Source of the DNA: Octopus sinensis
Lineage: Eukaryota
Length of the DNA stretch: 45,803 nucleotides
NCBI RefSeq assembly: GCF_006345805.1
Contig: NW_021835034.1
Coordinates: 1-45,803 of the forward strand
Direction: 5' to 3'
Part shown: in pieces, positions 23,466 through 35,223 of the stretch
How the letters are laid out: the number at the start of each line of letters is the position of its first letter
How positions within the stretch are numbered: the first letter of the stretch is position 1
Notes under the pieces: model-generated
What the model saw: the letters and a program-made list of their open reading frames with translations, nothing else
Databases searched by the model: none
What the model was told of the DNA's origin: nothing
Made by a program: the position numbers and the translations under genes

Positions 23466-23700
23466 CATTATTATTATTATCATTATTATTATTATTATTA
23501 TTATTATGGCAGTGAGCTGGCTGAGTCTTTAGCACAGGGGTAAAATGCCTGGCAACATTTCGTACATCTTTACGTTCTGAGTTCAAATTCTGCTGAGGTC
23601 AACTTTGCCTTTCATCTTTTCAGGGCTTGATAGAATAATGACCAGTTAAACACTAAAGTGTTGATGTAATTGAATATTCCCCTCCCCTCAAAATTCCTGG
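21330..23700 (+). mobile_element. Cluster of about five SINE family C copies interleaved with family D fragments and (ATT)n tracts
   Basis: The GGTCGACTTTGCCTTTCA.CCTTT.GGGGTC core or a variant occurs near 21392, 22010, 22194, 22810 and 23598. Confidence 0.85.
21742..21889 (-). mobile_element. R4/Dong-like non-LTR retrotransposon 3' remnant (duplicate near 22540-22684)
   Basis: Minus strand: TWLKKIDASVKVEHLQK/SALLGTARILHRVLKA* with one homopolymer frameshift. Flanked on both sides by (TAA)n. Confidence 0.65.
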
Positions 23701-23744
23701 CTTATCGATATCATATCTCAGCTCCTTTCCACCTCTTGGAGGTT

Positions 23745-24068
23745 TAAAAGACTCCGCCGGTTACGACGACGAGGGTCCTAGCTGATACGATCAACGGAAC
23801 AGCTTGCTCGTGAAATTAACGTGCAAATGGCTGAGCAATCCACAGACACGTGTACCCTTAACGTAGTTCTCGGGGATAATCAGCGTGACACAGAGAGTGA
23901 CAAGGCTGACCCTTTGAAATACAAGTACAACTCATTTTTGCCAGCTGAGTGGACTGGAGCAACGTGAAATAAAGTGTCTTGCTCAAGGACACAACGCGTC
24001 GCCGGGAATCGAACTCACAACCTTACGATCATGAGTTGAATGCCCTAACCACTAAGCCACGCGCCCTC
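23745..24068 (-). mobile_element. CORE-like tRNA-derived SINE, family E, full length
   Basis: Head GGCGCGTGGCTTAGTGGTTAGG..GAGTTCGATTCCC; CORE-like GTGTCCTTGAGCAAGACACTTTA; 3' half shared with family B. Confidence 0.8.
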
Positions 24069-24231
24069 ACATCCTCTTGGAGGTACAACACTTTGCTCAA
24101 CTCAGGCGGTTCTGAGTACTGCCACCAACTTTGTACTCCTCATGACTATTGGTATTTGCAGCTTTTCATACCAAATTTGAGATGGTTCCAAGTGTTACAG
24201 GTGGCATAGGTAGTATCACAATCACTTTTAA

Positions 24232-24451
24232 CCCTTTAGTTACCAACCTGGCTGAAACCATTTCTGGCTCTGAGTACAAATGTCTTGTTTTCATAAGTTT
24301 TGAATTAAAATCTTCCACCAAACCTTAGTCACAATTTATGTTCCTAATACTAGCTTAATTATAACTGATTTATTTTACTAAATTCTTTGTTATATTTAAA
24401 GTAATTGAAAGAAACACTGAGCATCTCAAAATAAATACGGTAACGAAAGGG
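24232..24451. mobile_element. piggyBac-type MITE (220 bp)
   Basis: TTAA on both sides (24228-24231, 24452-24455). TIRs CCCTTTAGTTACC / GGTAACGAAAGGG match at 12 of 13. Confidence 0.85.
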
Positions 24452-24739
24452 TTAAGACACCTACGGATGCATTTCACTTGCAGTGATTGGTCTTGGAATT
24501 CTTTGACTTTCACTATATTCTAGTCTCCAGGTATTGCTACATTAATGAAGATCTATTCTTTGGACACCTTCCATAGGAGAGTGATATCAGGTGAATTATG
24601 ATACAGCTTCTTACCTGTGTAGATTGCCATATTCTACATGAGTTTCACCTGAACATGTTGTGAGGGATAGGGCAGTGGACTGGGCTGAATTGGGTGAACA
24701 TATTTCACAACCATGCATCATTTTCATGTGTTACTATAG

Positions 24740-26295
24740 GCCTTCTTCTTTCAGTACCACATGTTATACATACCATACAGTCGCACAAGTTCTCTACTTT
24801 TACTACCACATGTTACGCTACAGTACAGTCATGTCATGTGTCACAAGACATCTACCATCTCTACACGATACACTGCCCTGCATTCTCTCCAGATACCACA
24901 TGATCTCTTTAACCACTGCCACATGTCAGATTACCATACAGTACCCCCAGTCCATCTCTCCATCTTCGTTACCACATGTTACATTACTGTTTGTCTCTTC
25001 ACATACCATGTGACCTCTACCTTCATTTCCACATGTTAAATTACCATACAGTCTCTTCAGCCCGTCTCTTTACTTGTTTTACTACATGTTATACAGTCCC
25101 TTCAGATTCCTCATGACTTCCCACCTTTACTACATGTTCTGAATGGCACCCCTAGCTACCACAGTGCTTGTATATACACTGGATGTTAAACTGACAAATG
25201 GTGCTACCTTCCAGTTACCACATGTCTTCTGAATTCACTGCTTCATGTTACCCTGTCATGCAGCCTCTCTAGGTACCTCATGGCCTTTGCAATATCCTTT
25301 CATTCTTTTACTTGTTTCAGTCATTTTGACTGTGGCCATGCTGGAGTATTGCCTTTTAGTCGAAGAGATTGACCCCTGGACTTATTCTTTGTAAGCTCGG
25401 TACTTATTCTATCAGTGTCTTTTGCCGAACTGCTAAGTAATGGGGACGTAAACACACCAAGTGATGGTGGGGTAACAAATACAGACACACAAATGCATAC
25501 ATATATATATATATATACGACGGGCTTCTTTCAGTTTCCATCTACCAAATCCACTCACAGGGCTTTGGTCAGCCTGAGGCTATAGTGGAAGACACTTGCT
25601 CAAGGTGCCACGCAGTGGGACTGAACCCGGAATCATGTAGTCGGTAAGCAAGCTACTTACCACACAGCCACTCCTTATACATTGGGACTCTCCATGTCCC
25701 ACAGGACCTATACCTCCACTGCTACATGTTACAGTGCTACATTCTAGGTACCACACAACATCCACCTTCACTGCCACACATTAACCAAATGTACAGTATT
25801 ACCCCCACAGTTACCACAGGCCCTCTGCTTTTTGATATTACATTGCCATACATGGCCTCCATGTACCACAGTTCCTCCAACTTCACTACCACATGTCATA
25901 AAGTCTCTCTAGATACCACATGTTAAACTGCTATACAGTAGTACCCTTTAGGTGCTGCAGGATTTTTATCCCCTAATTGATGTGCAACACTGCCATGTGG
26001 TGGAACACTCTTGGTACCATAGAACTTCTACTTTCACTACCACATGTTAAACTGCCGTAGAGTGATACCCTCCACTCACCACAGAACCTCCACTTTCACT
26101 GCCACATGTTACACTGCCATACAGTACTACACTAGGTATCACATGACCTCCACCTTCACAACTAAATGCTAACCAGTCATAAAAATGTACCTTCCAAGTA
26201 CCACGGGTTCTCTACCTTCACTACATGTGGTGCCTTCCAGCTATCACAGATTTCTACCTTCATTGCCACATGTTACATTGCTGTACCATTTTACC
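24740..26295. repeat. Old degenerate minisatellite, unit about 60 bp, interrupted by a SINE
   Basis: Recurring CACTACCACATGTTA(A/C)ACTGCCATACAGT..GGTACCACA..CCTCCACTTT; stops in all frames. Confidence 0.7.
25305..25675 (-). mobile_element. SINE family A, full length, inserted in the minisatellite
   Basis: Complete reverse copy with minisatellite units on both sides. Confidence 0.9.
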
Positions 26296-26301
26296 AGTCT
26301 C

Positions 26302-26596
26302 TATACGAGGTTCAAAAAGTATCCAAGCTTTGGGCATAAAAAAAGGCAATTTTGAACATTTCATAAATTTCGTTTAATCGCTTTTGAATTACTCCCCTTG
26401 GGAGTTCGCACATTTCTCCCAGTGGTTCTGCCACTCCTGGGATCACCTTTGGAACGCCTCCTCTGGAATGCTGTGGAGCTCTGCAGCCGCTTTTCTCTTA
26501 ATTCCCTCTTACGACTCAAATTGCTCCCAATTCTGCGTGGTTTTCAGTTTGGGAAAGAGCCAGAAGTCACACAGTGCCGGGTGGACTGGCAAGCGA
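26302..26596 (-). mobile_element. Mariner transposon 3' fragment (transposase C-terminus plus TIR)
   Basis: TA-TACGAGGTTCAAAAAGTATCC end. Minus strand reads CDFWLFPKLK..FES*EGIKRKAAAELHSIPEEAFQR*SQEWQNHWEKCANSQGE*FKSD*. Confidence 0.85.
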
Positions 26597-26970
26597 ACGA
26601 GTTAGTATTTGAGGAAATAGGAACAGAAAGAGAATTGTTTGCAACTATCAGGAAGAGAATGCTGCCGTATTTTTGGTCATGTCATCAGGGCCCATAACTT
26701 CCGTATTCACATCCTACAGGAAAGTACGAAATGAGAAATAGAAAGACTGAGAAGATACTGGCGGCACAAGCGTAACTAGAATGTGTGCCACTCCCGGGAC
26801 CCCCACACGAAATATATATTGCCTACAACAGACCCAAAAGTGATGCCCACGACCTCTACTTACGCTAGTAGCTGACTAAATGACATTAAAATGTAGGCCT
26901 GAAGATCTCTGACGGAGTCGTTGGAGAGGAATGGTGCCCGACCCCCAGCAATGAGGTTGGGAATAGTTAA

Positions 26971-27297
26971 CCCCTTGAGAACGGTTGACACAAATATGCG
27001 ATCACACTTTTGCTTGCCTACCCGCGGTTTACGTAAATACACGATGTAGAGCTACCACACGCAAGCTATTTTTTGAACTTGAGCAGAATAACTCGTGCAT
27101 ATCATATTATGATAAATAGCTTCACATAGTTCGTTTTCATAGACGGGTAGACATAAATGTACAACGTTATGTTATTGTAACGGTGAACGTAAATAAACGC
27201 GAGCTCGCTGGCACTTGTGTGTTTGTGTGGTCTCTTTAGATAAAAAAAAAACGGGAGCAGTGTCTCGCATGCTTCGGGTAATACCGGCGTCAAGGGG
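26971..27297. mobile_element. piggyBac-type MITE (327 bp)
   Basis: TTAA on both sides. TIRs CCCCTTGAGAACGGT / ACCGGCGTCAAGGGG. Confidence 0.8.
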
Positions 27298-27394
27298 TTA
27301 AGGCAAGGCAGGACCAGAGATTGTCTTTCATTAGAACTACTCAGCCACTTAATCAAGACCAGCCTTGGTCTGTGAACAACAACAAACAAATAGA

Positions 27395-27760
27395 TAGGAG
27401 TGGCTGTGTGGTAAGTAGCTTGCTTACCAACCACATGGTTCCGGGTTCAGTCCCACTGCGTGGCACCTTGGGCAAGTGTCTTCTACTATAGCCTCGGGCC
27501 GACCAATGCCTTGTGAGTGGATTTGGTAGACGGAAACTGAAAGAAGCCTGTCGTATATATGTGTGTGTGTTTGTCCCCCTGGCATTGCTTGACAACCGAT
27601 GCTGGTGTGTTTACGTCCCCATCACTTAGCGGTTCGGCAAAAGAGACCGATAGAATAAGTACTGGGCTTACAAAAAATAAGTCCCGGGGTCGATTTGCTC
27701 GACTAATAAGGCGGTGCTTCAGCATGACCACAGTCAAATGACTGAAACAAGTAAAAGAGA
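27395..27760 (+). mobile_element. SINE family A, full length
   Basis: AGGAGTGGCTGTGTGGTAAGTAGC..ACTGAAACAAGTAAAAGAG. Confidence 0.9.
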
Positions 27761-28152
27761 GTAATACATCATCATCTTTTAAAATCCATTGACATGGGTT
27801 CGATGCGTTGACAGGATCAAATGACTCCAAAAGATACATCGTGTTCCAGTGTCTGCTGTGGAGTGGTTCCTACAACCGGATGCTCTTCCGATCACCGTCT
27901 ACTTAACATTTTTTGTTAAATTTTCTAAAACGTTGAAGTAAAAATAAAATTTAAAAAATAAAGATAACAAAATAAAATTTGATGGTGGAGAAAAAATATT
28001 AAATAAGAATTTTCGCTTTCTTGTTTCTTCATTATCAATTATCAATCACTTAAAAATATTTAACGACAGAAAAAATGCCTGGGAAAATACACGCATTGAA
28101 ATAACTATACCTAAAAATTATATACAGGTACTAGTATGATTAACAAAAAAAA

Positions 28153-28532
28153 ATGCTTGCTTTGTAATCATGTGGTTTCAGGTTCAGTCCCACTACGCAG
28201 CCCCAGGGCAAGTGCTTACGAACCACATGGTTCCGGGTTCAGTCCCACTGTGTGGCACCGTGGACAAGTGTCTTCTACTATAGCCTCGGGCCGACCAAAG
28301 CCTTGTAAGTGGCTGTCGTATATATGTATGTGTGTGTGTTTGTGTCCTCCCCCCCAACATCGCCTGACAACCGATGCTGGTGTGTTTACGTCCCCGCAAC
28401 TTAGCGGTTCGGCAAAAAGAGACCGATAGAATAAGTACTAGGCTTACAAAGAATAAGTCCTCGGGTCGATTTGCTCGACTAAAGGCGGTGCTCCAGCATG
28501 GCCGCAGTCAAATGACTGAAACAAGTAAAAGA
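28153..28532 (+). mobile_element. SINE family A with duplicated or chimeric head
   Basis: Two successive GGTTCAGTCCCACT head segments, then a normal body and tail. Confidence 0.85.
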
Positions 28533-28836
28533 GTATTTCATCTTTGCATGGGAGAGGCAGATTTTCTAATGCTGGATGGACGCCTTTGCTGTCGCCAAAG
28601 TAATATTTCATCGTGGCTCGACATGTTATTGCAGAATATTAGAAACGAATGGTGTCGCTTGTATGAGGTGACGCTCGCCTATGGTTAACATGTAAGTTTA
28701 TCTCTACATGCTGATAAAGACATACACGCAACTGTTGATATGCATGAGCTTCTTGACCAGCCTGACTATAAAGGGTAACTTAGAGTAACGACTGAAATAA
28801 ATGAATTAAATCCATCACATGTCACCTAAAAGCTCA

Positions 28837-29217
28837 GGAGGCGCAATGGTCCAGTGGTTAGGGCAGCGGACTCGTGGTCATAGGATCGCGGTTTCGATTC
28901 CCAGACCGGGCGTTGTGAGTGTTTATTGAGCGAAAACACCTAAAAGTTCCACGAGGCTCCGGCAGGGGATGGTGGTGATCCCTGCTGTACTCTTTCACCA
29001 CAACTTTCACTCTTACTTCCTGTTTCTGTTGTACCTGTATTTCAAGGGGCCGGCCTTGTCACTCTCTGTGTCACGCTGAATATCCCCGAGAACTACGTTA
29101 AGGGTGCACGTGTCTGTGGAGTGCTCAGCCACTTACACGTTAATTTCACAAGCAGGTTGTTCCGTTGATTCGGATCAACCGGAACCCTCGTCGTTGTAAC
29201 CGACGGAGTGCTTCCAC
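28837..29217 (+). mobile_element. SINE family B, young, with TSD AAAAGCTCA
   Basis: Full-length copy with a 9-bp direct repeat on both flanks. Confidence 0.9.
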
Positions 29218-29745
29218 AAAAGCTCAAGATGTATTATTGGTGTTCTAACCAAAGAAGAACTAGCGGTTATTTCTAGCTGTTATTTCTAGCTCCTAAAAAT
29301 AGCAACCAATTTAATTCGCTTCACAATCTACAGTTTAAATAAATATAGGAAAGACAGGATAATAACGTCCAAGATATAGTATGTATGCAAAAAAAAGACA
29401 GGATGGTCACGTACAGAACGCCATTGACCATTAGTTGAATCGATAAGTGCTGACCTTGGGATAAAGAACAACATCTTCAAGCAGGAAGATATGGAGTAAT
29501 AATTGAATGCTAATCGTTTAAACCGACGGAGATCCATTATATATTCATTGGCAAATAATCTCATGCATCCCAGTCCAGCGCGATATAGTATACGGAATCC
29601 ACAACAACCTACATAAATACTAATGATAAATACAGATATTTATATATAGTTTGAACTGAAAGTAATAAAACTGCTTAAATTGCGATCGATACGCAGTATT
29701 GAATCGTTTAGATCAATGTATGATTTGAATTCTTTTATTATTAAG

Positions 29746-30132
29746 ACTAGCAGTATCGCCCGGCGTTGCTCAGGTTTGTAAGGGAAATAACTATAAAGCA
29801 TTTTTAGAGAGTTATAGCCAAAAAATAGCAAAAAAATGGAAACAAATTATGGTAAATTTTTTTTTGAGATTTAAAAAAGGTGGAGTTGCGTCCCCTAGAC
29901 AGTTTGTGGTTTGTGTTTGTGATTCTTGACCCCATGTCGAATTTATCAATTTTTTTCAGAACTGGGGGAACTTTTCAAAATTTTCACTGCGTTAGTTTTG
30001 AATTATGACATTGGGCTATGTGTGTGTCAAGTTTCATCAGAATCGGTTGAAAGCCGTGGTCAGGGTGAGGGTACAAGCAAACAGACACACAGAAACACGC
30101 ACAGACAAACTGCCGTTTATATAGAGAGAGAT
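29746..30132 (+). mobile_element. Helitron-like (HINE/DINE-type) non-autonomous element
   Basis: Starts ACTAGCAGTATCGCCCGGCGTTGC; ends ACAGACAAACTGCCGTTTATATAGAGAGAGAT. Confidence 0.6.
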
Positions 30133-30482
30133 TTAACGTTAACTCTAAGTAATTGTCTATTTGAAGGTAGGTTGCTGCTGGCTGTAATATTTCGGTTCCA
30201 TTCGTTCAATAGCTTAGTTTTCCTTGCATTTATTTACTGGTTGTCAGTTAATATTTTGGGAGCTTATCAAGCCGTCATCTCTATAAATCCCGCAATGAAT
30301 AAAACAGATTTTTATTATGGATAAACTTTAAAATGTAAAAGCAAGTACAGAGATGGCTGTGCGGTTTAGAAGCTTGCTTTGGGGATTTTCTGCTATAGCC
30401 CCGGGCTAACCAATGCCGTATGACTGGATTTGACGGAAACTGAGAGCTCGTGTGAGTGTATATTGATATACGTATGTGTGTA

Positions 30483-30705
30483 CTCTTTACTCTTTACTCT
30501 CTTTTAATTGTTTCAGTCATTTGACTGTGGCCATGCTGGAGCACCGCCTTTAGTCGAGCAAATCGACCCCAGGACTTATTCTTTGCAAGCCTGGTACTTA
30601 TTCTATCGGTCTCTTTTGCCGAACCGCTAATTTACGGAGACGTAAACACATCAGCATCGATTGTCAGGCAATGTTGGGGGAACAAACACAGACACACAAA
30701 CAAAC

Positions 30706-30750
<45 letters not shown>

Positions 30751-31010
30751 ATATTAATTAGAGACAAAACCACTATTTTGCAAATCAAACAAAGAAAGAC
30801 TTAATCCAATACATAAAAAAAATTTTAATATAAATTAAATAAAATCATATTAAATAAAAATTTTTATGTATTGGATTAAGTCTTTCTTTGTTTGATTTGC
30901 CAAAATAGTGGTTTTGTCTCTAATTAATATTATATAATATTTTACTATAAAATTCGATTCAATCATAAATCTGATTTTCCCTGTAAATTTGGATTTATTC
31001 CCTAATATTT

Positions 31011-31056
<46 letters not shown>

Positions 31057-31215
31057 TACGACGGACTTCATTCAGTTTCCGTCTACCAAATCCACTCACA
31101 AGGCTTTGGTCGGCCCGAGGCTATAAAAGAAGATACTTGCCCAAGGTGCCACGCAGTGGGACTGAACCCGGGACCATGTGGTTGGTAAGCAAGCTACTTA
31201 CCACACAGCCACTCC
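30483..31215 (-). mobile_element. SINE family A split by an insertion in its internal microsatellite
   Basis: Tail at 30483-30700 and head at 31058-31215, with unrelated sequence between. Confidence 0.85.
30750..30931. repeat. Near-perfect inverted repeat, arms about 76 bp
   Basis: AATATTAATTAGAGACAAAACCACTATTTTG.. is mirrored at 30856-30931 with a single-base indel in the core. Confidence 0.9.
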
Positions 31216-31901
31216 CACATCATGTAATGGCTATAACTGAACTCAGCGTCATTGACAGCCTTTCGGAAAGAACGCGTCTAGCTTGGGGAAATATTGCTTG
31301 GAAACAGGATGGACATTTGGCCGTAGAAAAGTTCCTTCAACAAATTTCTTCTGATTGATGCAAACTTAGCTGGAAAAGTTTTGTACCAATTTTGCTGATT
31401 TTTCTAGCAGTAAAATAATATTTACCATATGTTATGGTTTTCAATAGTAGAAATTCGGTTATACAATGATTCTAGTCGATTATGTCGAATTGACTGAATG
31501 TATATCTTTATTTCCCATGATTATTTCTATATCCTGCACTGATAATCCAGTGGATTAATTTGGAGCATCTTCAAATTTTGCCGTTGATTTTATTTGGAAT
31601 AATGTTACTAATTCTTTTCAAGCATCTGTCTTCAGTTGGATGAAGGTGTTTGATTGCAAGATTAGTTAAAAAAAAAAAAAAGGAGAGTGCCCACGACTGC
31701 GGATCCTTCAATACCGTCTTTATTGGCAGACTCCTTGTAATCATCATTTCTTTCACCATCATTAAGCAAGCTTACGATACGTGGTCGCCCGTTTTGCTAG
31801 ATATAACAGCCAAATATTGCTCATACCATCTTAAATTCATCATCGTTTTAAATATACGAAAGACACGTTGGATAACGTGAGCTTAGATATACCACGTTTG
31901 T

Positions 31902-32279
31902 GGAGGCGCAATGGCCCAGTGGTTAGGGCAGCGGACTCGCGGTCATAGGATCGCGGTTTCGATTCCCAGACCGGGCGTTGTGAGTGTTTATTGAGCAAAA
32001 ACACCTAAAAGTTCCACGAGGCTCCGGCAAGGGATGGTGGTGATCCCTGCTGTACTCTTTCACCACAACTTTCTCTTACTTCCTGTTTCTGTTGTACCTG
32101 TATTTCAAGGGGCCGGCCTTGTCACTCTCTGTGTCACGCTGAATATCCCCGAGAACTACGTTAAGGGTGCACGTGCCTGTGGAGTGCTCAGCCACTTACA
32201 CGTTAATTTCACGAGCAGACTGTTCCGTTGATTCGGATCAACCGGAACCCTCGTCGTCGTAACCGACGGAGTGCTTCCC
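31902..32279 (+). mobile_element. SINE family B, young, with TSD AGATATACCA(C/T)GT
   Basis: Full-length copy with a direct repeat on both flanks. Confidence 0.9.
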
Positions 32280-33039
32280 AGATATACCATGTATTGTAGC
32301 TAGAAGAAAATATCGATGAGTTTGTCGTGTATTGATTGTCTGTGATTGTAGATTTACTCATTGGGGACTGACGTGAGTCTAAAATAACATCGTCGTCATC
32401 ATCACTATTAACATCACCACATCGATATCAGCACCATCATTATTATCACCATCTTCATCATCGTCATCACCATCATCATTGCCATCATCATCTCTAGCGT
32501 CATCATCATCATCATCATCATCATCGACATTGTCCACGTCGTACCAACGTTTGTTTTTCTCATTTCTGTCCTCATTATTTATTTCTCTCTCTCTCTCTTT
32601 CTCTCTCCCCACCCACTACCCCACGCCATCATTCCTACACCACCACCGCCATTTCTCCCCATTAAAATATAGAATTCAGAAATTGCTGCAGATTCGTGAT
32701 TAGTTAACCACTTGTTCCTTACCGAAGCCTTCCTTTTAATATTCTTAATTTCCTATCCTTCTCAGACAAACTCTGCAAGTTTTCAAGAATCTTTTGTCTT
32801 GCCGCCATTTTGCCAATATTTGTCTGTGTGTTTGTATGTGTGTGTTCGTGTGTGTGTGTTCGTGTGTGTATGTTTGTATATGCACGTGTTTGTGTATATG
32901 TGTGTATTTCCTTATTTTCTGCGTTTTTATTATCGTTTTGCTGGGTTTTTATTATTATTCTTATTATAAATTTTTTGTTGTCCATTAATTGTCAAATTGG
33001 TAAATCGACAAAAGCATCATCAGTTTCTTTCTTTCTGGA

Positions 33040-33560
33040 ATGAATACTGTCAACCGCCATAATTGTCAAGGAAAGAAGTAAAAAAATAGAATGAAAAACT
33101 TTTGGTGGAAATTTTCGAAAAATTTTTGGGGAAAGTATGGAAGGCCAGCGGTGCCAAAATCACAAAGTATGGAAGGACAGCGGTGCCAAAATCACAAAGT
33201 ATGGAAGGCCAGCGGTGCCCAAATCACAAAGTATGGAAGGCCAGCAGTGCCCAAATCACAAAGTATGAAAGGCCAGCGGTGCCAAAATCGGTGAAAAATT
33301 TTTGGTGAAAATTTGTCAAAAAATTTTTGGGTAAAATTTTCAGTGAAAATTATCGAAAAACTTTTGGGGAATATCTTCGGTGAAAATTTTCGTAAAATTT
33401 TTCAAAGATATGACGTTGCTGTGGGGTCGCCCTAGGGAAAAAGTTAAGATTTTTTGTGCCGATGACTCCCCGTGTAAAATTTGAATGAAATTTGTTGTGT
33501 AGTTCTCAAGTTTTAGGGAAACACACAGACACACATTCTCAGTTTTATATATATAGAGAT
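33040..33560 (+). mobile_element. Probable Helitron-like element with internal tandem repeats
   Basis: Ends ACACACATTCTCAGTTTTATATATATAGAGAT and contains a 32-bp array. 5' boundary uncertain. Confidence 0.5.
33132..33289. repeat. 32-bp minisatellite, five copies
   Basis: AAAGTATGGAAGGCCAGCGGTGCCAAAATCAC head-to-tail with no spacers. Confidence 0.95.
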
Positions 33561-33849
33561 ATATATTTTTTATATATAACATATATAACATGTCATATAT
33601 CACACACACATGCATACATATATGTATGTATAAGTATATATTATATATATTATTATAATACCTATAATATCATTCTACGTTTTTCTGCGGTCCTGTCTCT
33701 GTTTCGTACGTGTGTTACACCTACGCCTGCCTTGGCGTAGGCGTAACACACACACATACACAGAGAGAGACAAACAGACAGAGAGAAAGCAAATAAGGGA
33801 AACTAAAAGAGAGAGAGAGGGAAAAGGTCCATATCATTCTGCATTTTCG

Positions 33850-34534
33850 TGTTCAAGTCACATGCACAGCCGAAATGTTGTAATGTGTGTGAGATAGAGG
33901 GGGGAGAAAGATGAAATTTTAAAAATAAATATATTGTAATTGTTGTGTGAGAAAGTATATATACTATGATTATAAAATATAGTGTCTTTCAAAAACATCC
34001 TAAATTTGAACACTATATCTCGTGTTTAAGAAAAGACAAAACATTTTACATTTTATATTTTATGAAATAATTAAGCATGCCTTTATTTCAATAAATTTTG
34101 GGGTTTTGTTAAACGAAATTAAGGTAAAAAAAGAATAACTTCTTGAGGAACCAAATAGTCTTTCCTTCCTTCATGCCAAGTTTGAAGAAAATATCTCTTT
34201 TGCATCTTACTTTTTTGGTCTCTTAAATATACTGCATTTGTGGCATTATTTCAAGCCAGCTGGCTTTTTTGTGCATACTGCACGTGCATTTTTCTCGCGT
34301 ACGCGTAGTATCGATCGCAACAGCTGATGTTCTTGCACATACAAATGCACGTTCCCACGGTTTTATCGATCGCATTCTCACCTGGAATCGATTTTTGTAA
34401 TTTTTTTCAAGACTTATACACACCCTGATACCGTTGGTATCCACATATCAAATTTGAGAGCAATCGGATGGAAGATGCCCGAGATCCTAGAAGACACACA
34501 CACAGACAGACAGAACGGATTTTATATAATAGAT
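33850..34534 (+). mobile_element. Probable Helitron-like element
   Basis: Ends CAGACAGACAGAACGGATTTTATATAATAGAT, preceded by AAATTTGAGAGCAATCGG. 5' boundary uncertain. Confidence 0.5.
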
Positions 34535-34564
34535 ATACACACATATATATATGTATGTATAATA

Positions 34565-34606
<42 letters not shown>

Positions 34607-34611
34607 ATGTG

Positions 34612-34693
<82 letters not shown>

Positions 34694-34934
34694 GTGTGTA
34701 TATAATATATATATAAGTACATAGTAGTAATAATTATATATATATATATGTAGTATGTATATATGTATGTATGTAGGTATGTATGTATGTATGTATGTAT
34801 GGTTGGATGGATGCATGGATGCATGGATGGATGGATGCATGGGTATATTTATCTTTTAGTTCTCGATTATAAAGAACATCGTGTCTGTCAAACACCAAAA
34901 GCAGAAAAATAAGCAAAGCCTCCTTAGTTCATGC

Positions 34935-35120
34935 TTAGAAATGCTTAGCGGTATTTCGTCTGCCGCTACGTTCTGAGTTCAAATTCTGCCGAGGTCGAAT
35001 TTCTCTTTCATCCTTTCGGGGTCGATAAATTAAGTTTCAGTTGTGTACTTGGGAGGGGGGCGATCTAATCGACTGCCCCCATTCCTCAAACATTACGGGC
35101 CTTGTGCCGAGAATAGAAAA
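34935..35120 (+). mobile_element. SINE family C
   Basis: AAATGCTTAGCGGTATTTCGTCTGCC..GAGGTCGA..CATCCTTTCGGGGTCGATAAATTAAG. Confidence 0.8.
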
Positions 35121-35174
35121 GAATATATATATATATTATACTATATTATATATTATTAATATATTAGATAGATA

Positions 35175-35223
<49 letters not shown>

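Noticed and set aside
31226-31358. Protein-like short reads on both strands (MAITELSVIDSLSERT.. and AKFASIRRNLLKELFY..)
   Set aside because: Neither strand is favoured, no recognisable domain, and no partner exons found.
33132-33289. CRISPR-like 32-bp repeats
   Set aside because: Head-to-tail with no unique spacers, no cas genes, eukaryotic context.
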